The notes beneath the pieces were generated by a model. It was not told the origin of the DNA, made no database searches, and saw nothing but the letters and a program-made list of their open reading frames with translations. The position numbers and the translations under genes were made by a program. From contig CM060732.1 of the NCBI GenBank assembly GCA_030704615.1, positions 26,288,001 to 26,352,000 of the forward strand: DNA of 64,000 nt. The letters run 5' to 3'. The stretch comes from Takakia lepidozioides (lineage: Eukaryota > Plantae > Bryophyta). Below, piece after piece: positions 13,611-24,334 of this stretch; the first letter of the stretch is position 1; the number at the start of each line of letters is the position of its first letter.

Positions 13611-16600
13611 ATGAATGAACGGATGAGGGTGGCACGTGACACGACAACATCAAGGTCTCGCCGACCGCCGAAAAGCCTGTGTATGGAAGTTTTTGTGAGA
13701 AATGACAGGCATATTGATTTAGCAGGGGACACTGGCATCTTGAGCTCACGAGCCAGCTCCAAGATGCAGGACAATGAAGGACACCGGCTATGGAGGCACA
13801 ACAGTGCAATATTTGAGAATGAAATCAAGAACAGTACTAGTAGCATAGTACGGACCAGGAGTCAAGTAAGGGAGGAGATGCTTTTAGGCTCGGACCGCGG
13901 CCAATTGGCTCAGAGAGGTCATGTGAACGATGTCTCTGGGAGCATCGGCCCTGGACCGCTGCTGTTCGAGGATGTTGCACGGGAGGTGTCCAAGTCCTTC
14001 TCCCCTGCTGGAAAGGGTGGCCAGCTTAACAGCTTCGTTTACAAGAATTATTCTCTTAGTGGTCGGCGAACCATGAGCCTCCCCACCAGGAAGGAGCGTC
14101 TAAGCCATGGGCATCAATGCGATGTTCATACCCCTAAGGAATCTGCCTCAACCTCTGGGAGGAGCATCTCTTTCATTAAAAGTCCGCCCACCCGTAGGAT
14201 ACCTTCGATCGTCAGCGAGGAGTTTTGTGTGTACGACTTTGATATGGAGGCTGAGAGACACTCTAAATCTGCCTTGTTCATCCAAGCAGGCCACACTTTG
14301 GTTACTGTGGTGGCAGCAGTATTTACAGTATGCACATGCATCGGTTTCCTGACATCAGGCTCTTCTCTCGGCAGGAGGGGTGGGAGTGATTTACTCTCCA
14401 ATGCCTCTGACCTTCTTGGAAGGGATGGCACCACATTTGCGCACTGCAGCAGGATCTTCATTGGAGGATGCTCGTTGGTCGGATTGCTGGCTGCTGGATT
14501 CGCAGTAGTTGCAGGCGCACGGATGACTGACGGTCTCCGACCATGGAGACGCCCTCGGTCGACTGTCTGCACCCACTGCGAGACAGTTCAAGAAAGTCGA
14601 AATAGGATCGAGGAAGCCGATGAGAGGGTCCAACGAGCACACCGGGCGAAGCAGCAGTTTATGGCCTATGTTTTTCATAACATCCGTGGTGAGTTATTTA
14701 TTTTGGTCTTCCGTTTAAGGAACTCTGGTCTAGATGTGACAGCTATTCTTGGATACCAGCCTGACTAATCTCACCTGTCCAGGGGTCTTGTGGGGCAGAT
14801 TCTGGTTGAGCTTGAGGTGTTGTAAATTATTGTCATGGCTAACTTAAAGCGTGACTTGTTTGGTTGGTCTTGCAGTGCCCTTCAATGCAATCGTCTTGGG
14901 ATTAGGTCACATGAGAGCTAGCGGAGCTGGAGATGGCTTACTGGGGAATACCTGGGATGATTCTGATTTGGTCCAGATGATGCTGGATTGTGCTGAGACC
15001 ATGACAAGTGTCCTTAACGATGTCACTGATATGGGTGAGTGCTCGGTGCCCTATCTGCAGTGTTTCTGTGTGGCTCTTTGTGAGGGGCATGTTCTGTTTG
15101 CTCCACTGTCTCCCACATGTGTTGGGTGGAGTGCAGAGAGGCAGTTTAGGAAACTATGCAAGCAGGTTAACCTACTATTGTGCAGGTTTTGACTGATTTT
15201 CTGTTTTAACTGTGGCAGGTCAATGGGAGGTTGGGCAGATGGAACTCCACAAAGATGAATTTGACATACTTGCTGTCTTAAAGTTTTTGTCCTGGGGTTT
15301 GAAGGATTTACTCGAGCAGAAACAGATTTCTTTCACTATGAAGGTTGATGACATGGCAAGCCAGCTCCTGTCATTGCATCATGTGATTGGTGACAAACAA
15401 CGTGTGGTTCAAACATTAGGTAGATATCTGGACCACCAGTTAACTTCCTCTCTCGTGTGTGTTAGGGATGGGATGTAGAATGCTAATAGTAAGGTGAGGT
15501 TGTGAGAGCATTTGAATGCAATGATTATACACTTTTTAGTTCAGTGTCAACACTATCCTAAGGGTCACCCTCATGCTTTTGTGCAGGGAATTTCCTCAGC
15601 AATGCCATTAAGTTCACCCCGGCAGGAGGCAATCTAGAGTTGAGTGTGGAGTGCAATGAGGTTGTTGAAAGTAAGGAGTTGAGCTTTGCTCGCCATCATT
15701 CCAGTTCATCCCCTGGGCCAGTTGAAGACTGTTTGCTGGGTGCTGCGGGACTTTCCATCCTGACAACGACCCAGAACTCGCTTCTAGGCAAGCGCACTGA
15801 AGGGAAGCTTGCAAGTGTGCGGATCTCTGTGAAAGACACTGGAATTGGTAAGCATAATTTTGTTGTACTTTTTGCTAGGGTTGAGTGGCAAATGTGATGA
15901 GGTTGTTGAGAGTAAGGAGTAAGGGATCCCTGCCATCATTCCACTCCATCCTTTGGGCCCATTGAAGACTCTTTGCTGGCTGCCACGGAACTTTAGGGAA
16001 GGTTGTCAAAGTGCGGATTTCTGTGGAAGATACCGGAATGGGTATACCTATGTAGAAAGTTGTGCTTTTATACACATCAATCCTGTCTGCTTCTGATGTG
16101 CTTTGGATGAGTATACTGTTTTGTGGTGAAATTAGTGATGGAGTGACAGTTTGATACAGTGTCTGTATTCACTTGTCCGAACGTGGGTGTCAAATGGTAG
16201 GTTCATGATGCTGAGTCGTGCGTCTGTGCTGTTCCAGGAATTTCTGTCGACGACCAGGCAAAGCTCTTTGAGCCATACTCTTTGGTGACATCAGGGTGGG
16301 TCCAGAAAGCAGGTGTCTCAGGTTTGGGACTTAGCATGGCAAAGAGATTTGTCGAGCAAGCTGGGGGCAGTATTGGGGTTGACTCGACAGAAGGGAAGGG
16401 GAGTACATTTTTCTTCTCCATTCCCTTTCCTCTCATGCCCTGCATTCCAGGCGGTGACCGTGAATTCTCCCGAGCAGCTTCTGGGATAAGCATGTCTGCA
16501 GAGACTTCACCGCAGGAGTCCTTGCCACTAATGCGGGGGCGTTCCTTTGTCCGAAAGGAGGATCTGAAGGAGGGGATGAAGAAATCCACTGTCAAAGTTG

Positions 16601-17982
16601 AAGATGTGACACACCAAGAGCGGAACTGTAAACGAAAGGTTCTACTTGTGGAGGATACTCGCATCAATAGGGTAAGCTTTTCCTCCTTCCCATTTCTTTC
16701 TGGTTTCTATTCTTTTCTGTTGTTCTGTTGGAGTATAGGCTCATATGGAAATGGCGATGAGAGTTCTTTGGGTGTATTTACCTTTGTAGTTTGTAATCTC
16801 GACTAGTTTAGCAGAAGGATTAACTCAATTCCTGTGGATGTGGCTGTGACAGATAATTTTGCGGAAGGTTCTACAAAATCTCAATCTCCAATGTGATGAA
16901 GCGGAAAATGGACTCATAGCAGTTGACCTACACAAGCAAGGAAAAGCTTATGACCTTATCCTCATGGACAAGGAGATGCCTGTGATGGATGGTCATGAGG
17001 TGAGCTTCCTACGCTAATCACGCTTCTGCATTATTTGTTTCGAGTGTGAAGGTTGTCTCTTGTAGGTTGTTTCCTCACAGATTTTGGGAGGTATAATTTG
17101 TATTACAATGTACTCAAACGATGTTGTTTGCCCAAGCCCTGTGGCCGTAGGCCTGTGGGTTGAACAGGAGGGAACAGAACTACCTTTGAGAGGGGCTCAC
17201 TCCAGTAGTAGGACGTAACGATATAAACAAAATCAGTGTGGGCAGTCCGGCACACAAGCATCAGTGTGCTGTGTGCCCAGCAATTAGACCCTAACAGCAC
17301 TAAGGCTCTAGGCTCAGCCTCTAGATTTTGAAAGTTGGTGAACAGAGGTACAGGAACCATCTGCAGTCTAGTGCCAAGGGTAGTAGGTGAGTCCCTCAGG
17401 TCATCCTTAAGGTATCAGAATTTAGGTTAGACAATGTGGGGCTGCATGTCTTTCCATTCTCTTTGTCACATCATGTTTGGAAGGGTTAAAGATAGATAGT
17501 GGGCTGGGGTATGTGCTGGTTGTAGGCGCAGGAAAGGTATCTGACTGTCTGTATTTTGCAGGCTACCCGGCAGTTACGAATGATGGGGGTGAAGACGCCT
17601 ATTGTTGCTCTCACTGGGAATGCATTGCAGTCTGATCGAGAACTATTCTTTGAAGCTGGAGTTGATGACTTCCAAACTAAGGTATGTAGAGATTGTGAAC
17701 TGCTTGCACATTACCGCACGTTTTGTATGCTTTTCTAGTTACACACTCTTAAGAGAGAATTTGATGGCTAAACAATAAACTGAGATAACTGACAACCAAG
17801 CAAGTATGATGAGGACTTGAATTAGCGGCACCTGGGTAGAGAAGTGTCCGGTTGGTGGTGTGAAGAGAATATTATTTTTGATGGTTGTCTTGGTATGTTT
17901 TGTGCAGCCTTTGTCCAGAGACAAACTTGTACAGCTATTGGCGCGATATGGTGTAGAAAGCTCTCGATCTAAAGTAGTTTAA
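13611..17982 (+). CDS. Hybrid histidine kinase (2 TM, HisKA, HATPase_c, receiver); exons 13611-14688, 14876-15034, 15219-15419, 15587-15847, 16238-16671, 16853-16999, 17562-17681, 17908-17982; about 824 aa
   Basis: H-box FMAYVFHNIR|VPFNAI; N box NFLSNAIKFT; G1 VKDTGIGI; F box LFEPY; G2 SGLGLSMAK; STEGKGSTF; receiver VLLVED...LILMDKEMPVMDG...ALTG...TKP. All introns GT-AG and in phase. The start ATG is uncertain. Confidence 0.93.
17107..17420 (-). mobile_element. RTE-like LINE 3' fragment in histidine kinase intron 6
   Basis: Homologous to copies at about 28.0-28.5, 44.2-45.3 and 51.9-52.7 kb (NLEAEP, YWSEPL segments). Shares the ggcaaacaac...gagtacatt terminus. Confidence 0.7.
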
Positions 17983-18827
17983 GGTGATGCTGCATTTGCC
18001 ACCACCACTGTATCATAGATCAAGTGGCATGGTTTCTATAGGCTACAAGAAGAGAGTGAGTAGGTAGGTGGGTAGGGTAGTATGCCTAGTGGAGCCATTG
18101 CTCCAGGGATTACAGATCGCACCTCCAGTTTTTTTTCGATCCTTTCATGCCAAGCTCTATTTGCTCCGATGTGAAATGGGAGGGTTTTGCACCTACCATT
18201 ACCAGTTGCTCTGGTTGGGTCGTCCATTCTGTTGAAGAATGTGTACCTTGGGAGGGTAGATTGGTGTCTGTATTCTCTTCTCCCACATGGGAAGTAATAT
18301 TTAAGCAATTTTGCAGAACAACTAAATCTGTACCAGAAACCGAATGCATTGTGATGATGATGAGAGGTGCACATTGGCCAAAGCCAGTGTGGGAAAAATA
18401 ATTGGCATTGCCTTTTCAGAGTCCCTTCTTTTTACCTCCTGGGTAGGGGCAATATTTGGTAGACCTGACATGCTAGTATAATTTTCACAACAAAGTCTTT
18501 CAAAAATCCCCCCCACCCACTTCATATCAAAGTTTTTATGTGTACAAGTTTTACCTATTTGTACTTTGTACTGATAGTGTTGGATAATAGATTTTACATG
18601 AAAATGGGAAGATTGGATAAACCAGTTCACTGCTCTGCTAATCTATCTGTGAATCTACAGGCATGTTCCTTGGGAGATAGTGCAGCTTGACAGCTTTGGT
18701 CTTTAAACCCCTGTTCCTGCATCATTCTTTAGGAAAGGAGAAGATGTGCATATATTTGCTACAATCAGAATTGGAACGAGCATTGTAAGTTAAACGCTTT
18801 GCAAAGAGCTCCGTATGACATGGAACA

Positions 18828-19118
18828 TTAGAAGGTCCGTGCAACATTGCCATCATCTTCTCCCTCCTTCCTAGGCTGAGGCAGGCTACCTGAGCTGCTG
18901 TTCCGGGGAATTGCAACTACTGACTTGGCCAAATCCTTGGGTGCATCAAATTCATCCTGCGCACAACGCTGCTGCGCATGCGAGAGCAGCACACACATGT
19001 GCCTGCACCATTGCAAAGTAATTAGATTGTTCACGTTCATAACGACCTGGCGTTGGCTGCTCAGAACTATTTGATTATCACTCTAAACTGTTGCACTCTC
19101 CATCTAGTATCATGTACA

Positions 19119-19151
<33 letters not shown>

Positions 19152-20609
19152 ACACACACACCCTAAAAGAATACTCTAATGTGTGCAGCACAAAATTCCC
19201 TGCGTATGCTTCATGATCTTGTGACAAAGCTTTATACATGGTCAGTATTGACATTTTCACCCAAATAAAGACTTGCCTGAAGAGCACACGGGCACTCCCA
19301 CTGCTGCTTTCAAAAATGTAGCCCTCAAACTCACTGACCCGCTCCAAGGCATCAACCAGCACATCATAAACACGTTGAGGACAGTTATCACGGTTTGGCT
19401 TTTCATGCAAATACATGGCATCAAAGGTGAACAGGCGCTGCTTTTCTGGCCACAGCACTGTGAATTCAGGAACCACTGATGACCGGCAGTAGATGAGTAC
19501 CTGGCCACCCACACAGCCTTAGAATGCTGCCAAGAGCCTCTGCCATTTAGTTCCTACAATCACTGTTTCCAGCTGCCTGGTTTCTTTAGTATCTTATATG
19601 GGACAGGAAGGCCCTGCCGTAGGGTGAGAGCCCAGAGGCTCTCTAAACATACACCCAGAGGAAGGGAGCATACAAGTAGCATAAAAGAACCAGGTTCGAA
19701 AAATCCCATGTTTCCTGAAATCAATTAGTATTATTAGTTACCTCCACTAAAGAGGGTGCAAAAGATGCACTTTATGATTCACAAAAAGACTTCAGAAAGA
19801 ACAAAGGGACGGGATAGCTCTGCTTTGTAGGGTCAGTCAAGTACATAGTAGGCAGTTTGATGGATGGGGACCAAGTGGTAGGGAACCAAAAGCATGCAGG
19901 GAAATTTTGGAGGAAGAATAGTAGGGCTGGGATATGACACATACCACTCTTACAGTTCTGTCAAGAGCATGCGACGAATGAGCTGCAGCTGCAGCCATGC
20001 GGAAAAGGTCTGACAAATCACATCTTGCAAATGTTCCAGCAAAGCTAAGGCTCCGCACTGCTGTACCAATAATATCCATGTCATTGGTGAACTCTGCGAC
20101 ATGCTGTTTGCCAGTTACAAAACAATGAGTCAGACTGGTAATACCAGAAGAACTAGCTGGGGAAGAATTCCGATTATGCAAACAGACATAGTGCGGACAA
20201 ACAGTTCTGCATTTGGATGTGGCCATGACTACTAATTGGAACAACCCACCGATTCGACACCCGGCAAACGAGAAGATACAACACATGTACGAGAGGCATC
20301 GGGATAGAGCGTCCCTACCCACGTAGCAGAATTGCGCAAGGTGGCGAAGGCGAATCTATGCTGCGAATACAATAGCAGCTTTGAATGTACAAACAAAATG
20401 AGTGCCTGCTTAATTGCATCCAGCCGGCCCAAACCCTTCGCACCCCCTGCCTTCATCTCCGTGTTCACTTCAGCATCAGCATCTACACAGAATAGTATGT
20501 CTTCCGGCGAATGCCCCATCCCTCTCATCTCGTACTGCAACGGTGCAACCTCCCCCCTGTTCATGTCAGCGTGCTCGCGGCCATGCATGGCCGCAGTGTC
20601 TCGCGACAT
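18828..20609 (-). CDS. BABAM1: BRISC/BRCA1-A complex member 1 (MERIT40/NBA1, vWA-like); exons 20609-20319, 20103-19945, 19500-19277, 19002-18828; about 282 aa
   Basis: PEDILFCVD, RLDAIKQALILFVHSKL, VLIYCRSS, FTFDAMYLHEKP..NCPQRVYD, R|HMCVLLSHAQQRC. The third intron has a GC donor (AG|GCAAGT). Confidence 0.88.
19119..19160. repeat. (CT)n(CA)n compound microsatellite in a BABAM1 intron
   Basis: tctctctctctctctctcacacacacacacac... Confidence 0.9.
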
Positions 20610-23600
20610 TGTCTGGATCAAGAAACTCTACACCCTAAGATGTGCAGTGCGACATGGGAAACACACCAAGCCCAAGCTAAGGATTTCCCTGACTGAAGTG
20701 AATCTTGTTTTCGGGAAATCTTTATTTCTTTTTCACTGCGAGTGTGTTCCCACCCTTCCCGTCCCTCTCAAGCTCCTCACCCTTCCCTAGTGCCACATTC
20801 AACCACGACTTCCTCTCTCAAGCATCTTGAGATCCGCCAGCCACCCGATTCTCACAGAGTTGTTCTTGTTTCTCCTCCATGCTCCAGCGATTCCTTCTAC
20901 AAGTTTCACAGCCCTCCTCCCTTCAATGAAACACCACACTCACCTCCACCATCGCTCCTCCTCCTCCGAGCTTCCTTCCTTCTCCTGCCCTCCACTTGGG
21001 AACGTTATAGATCTTCATCCATCCTCCTTCATGAAGATGCACAAAATGGATGAAATTTTCAACGTAACGTCATAACGTCCAGAGGGGAACGGCTGCTGGG
21101 CTAAACGGAGAATCGTCAACGGCTGTAAATCAGAATCAAGAATAATCTAAGAATATTACCCTTCTGTAATCAATTTGAAGTACTGCTGATGTGCTCGGAG
21201 TATTGAGTGGAATATTCTCTTAACGGCATGGATGAATGGATGAATGGACGAATGACCCGTAGGCATCGTATTATCGTAAATCTAATTGATATTTTCTCGC
21301 ATGGGACCCATCCGGAAAATAATACAACAACGCTACGACAATGCAGCCATTTTTAGGGGGCAGTCAAAAGGGTGGCGTATCCTTGTGACCAGAATCGCCA
21401 GAGCATCGCCACAGCCGCGGCGATTCGCCACACGACCCGCGCCGCTCTTCCGCGGGTCTTCCGGCCGACGCCGCAGGCCGCCAGAGCTGTTCCCGCGGGC
21501 GACCCCGCCCGAAATAATAGGGGGTGGCCTGCCAAGAGAAACACGGGGGCCCCGCCCAGCCCGCTGAATCTTTGGCCCGGGGAGTGCGGCCGACCCGGCG
21601 TGGCCGCGGGGCAGAAGCGGCCCTGAGTTATTTGGCCCGGAAGGGGAACACAGAGGAGGTGGCTGCGTGGTGGTGGTGTGGAGATGGCGGACAATTGAGA
21701 GAGACGACGACGCTTCCAGTTCAAGTCTGTTGCGTGCTCATCTTGTTCCTCGACCTGCGATTGTATCGAAGCGCTCTGTCAGGCGAGGGTGGCTGTGCGA
21801 TTCCTCTCGCTGTGCTTTGAGGGGATTTCGGGGAGATGTGATTGCAGGAGAAGAGAGAGTGTGAATGCGCGAGAGTAGGTGGGAGATGGGTTTTGGAGGT
21901 GTGTGTAGAGTTGGAGGTGCAAGTTGAGATACTACTGAGGGTGGAAGGTAGCGGATTGCTGTGATTCTGTAAGGAAATTCGGGAGGGTGTATCAGCTATC
22001 ACCGACGGCAAATTCCGTCGAACACTGATAGCTGATAGTAAGATTATATTTGTGTTGTTACTTTGGTGAATTTCTGTCAGGGTCTTTCTCTTGGATTTCC
22101 CGCGCGCCGCTTCCTTTGTCCGGCCTCTTTTTCTCTCTCCTTCCGTGTATATATTGTAGTGTTCGCTCTGGGCTTCGGAGACTACAATCATCGAATTATA
22201 TTCTGTTTCGTTCTTTCTTTATTTGCTCTGTCTTAGGGCTTTTTAATCCTTCTTGGTTCGTCCCCCAAGTTGCTGCGCCATGGGTTAGGTCAGAGTGATC
22301 CTCATATTAGCAGTTCACATATCGCTGCGGTGCATAATTAAACTGTTTAGCTGAACCTATCTGCCTCCTCTCAGTCCAATTGTGCCAATTTTTCCACATC
22401 TTGATGTGTAGTATGACAACCTCCCTGTTGAAAGGCTATCTGTCAATACTCTGAATTGCGAGATGAATTGAAGAGGATTGTAACCGAGTTTTATAGTTTC
22501 TCTCTTGTTTTTTTCTCATCTCAGTTTTGCCACCTTGTCACTCCTTCTGCTCCTCTCTTACCGTGATATTTGTCAAGATTTCCAAGACAACGGTAACATA
22601 TCTGTGCCGAAAAAAATTCAACTGAGGTCTTTGAGATTCAAGTCTTCCGTTGTGTATAAGCCAGAGACCCGTGGAGCATCAATTGTTTTGCCAAGAAAAC
22701 GCTCAAGGTGAATTCGTTGAAGACTTTTGTCAGACAAGTCTAGCACAGGCACTGGAACTGGGCTAGAAAGAAGCAGGGATTCTAATCTGCTCATACTCAA
22801 GTGTGTGACCTCCATCGGAGATTCTGTTTTTCAGTTTGGGTACACAGAGATCTACTTCATATAATTAAGACCAGGAAAAGTCAAGTTGTTCCCCTTTTGG
22901 CGTCACAATTGGCTCCTTTGTGTGGCCTTGCTTTGTCAGGCCTGAATTGTAGTGTAGGAAATACAGCAGGGATTGGGATTTTGGATTCCGGGAGTTGGAT
23001 TGAAGTGCGGTCTCTTTGAGTCGATGGCCATGTTTTCTTCACATCTGTGGCAACACATTTGCAAGGATGGGCCACAGGGAAGCTTGCAGTTGAAGCTTCC
23101 CAAATCTTTAGATTGAAACTTTATTAATGAAAGGCACTATCAATCCGAGTCAGTAAAAGTGTATCTGACCTAGGAGCCTCAGGTGTAGGGTGACTGTGGA
23201 AGACTGGTGAAGAGTTCTTATCAAGCAAGAGATGCCAGACGCAGCAAGGGCTATCGGAATGTGAACCTGGGAGGTATGTCAACTTGTTTCTTGCCAGCAC
23301 AATGACTTGCCACAGCAGTTTCATTCAAGTAATTCTTGTTGAATGTGATGATTTCGCCCCAATTTCTTAGGAATACTTGGTTTTCCAGGTGACCGACTAC
23401 CTTTCTCTTGGGGATTCCAGCCTCTGTCATCAGGCCTGTAGCCATACACCTCATGAAACCTGTGAGAAAGCTCCTACTTTTACAGATATTGTCTTGTGTA
23501 GGTCCAGAATTCGTCACTGCTGGACTGAATGTGTAGTGGGCGCAGGCTTGGCTTTGCACTTCCAGAGCAATGCTGTGGCGTTGGATCAGGGGGGCCAACT

Positions 23601-24334
23601 GCAGACAGTAGTGAGGCCAAAAACAGAAGGGGTAAGTTCTTGTTTTGAGAAGGGCTACCACAGAAAGATTTCAAAGACGGGGTGCAAGCATAAGATTGCC
23701 AATCCAAGGGGGGATCTGAGAGCTGTCAGTGGTGTCCTGGGGGAAGCGTTGATACTCAAGGCAGAGGAGGATCAGAATGAAAAATATCTACCACGCTTAA
23801 GCAGATTCTAGCAGGATTCACTCCCATCTGGAGGTCAGAGAAATCACTGGAGTTGGTCTGGTTTGAGTTCTATTTCGTACTCAAACGGACAGCCTCATAT
23901 GCAAATTCATCTGCTGATGTTCTAAAGGGGGTTGTGCAAAAAGTAAATTTTGCCTCCTAGTTTAACAAACCAGAGCAACACAGTGGCACAGGTCTCTCCA
24001 GCTGATGCAGAGGGAAGAGATATGAGGGGCATGCCACGTGGGGGCAGAAAGAGTGTTAACACAGAAGATTCGCATTGGCACTCTGCTCTCACGCTTTACT
24101 TCTTTGGGGGTCGAGGAAGAGATTGCAAGGCAGAGATCTGTGTCTCAACGTTTATCAGTGTGTGATGGGTTGTGAGGAGATCACTAAGCAATGGGAGGGT
24201 GTGTAGGTCTAAAATCTGGGAGATGCATATGAGGAACTATGCGGAAGACACCAGTGTGTTGATAAAGTGACAGATATGGCCAGGGTTTGTGCACCAAAGT
24301 TGTAGGATCTTAACACCCATTTCCAGAGGGAAGA

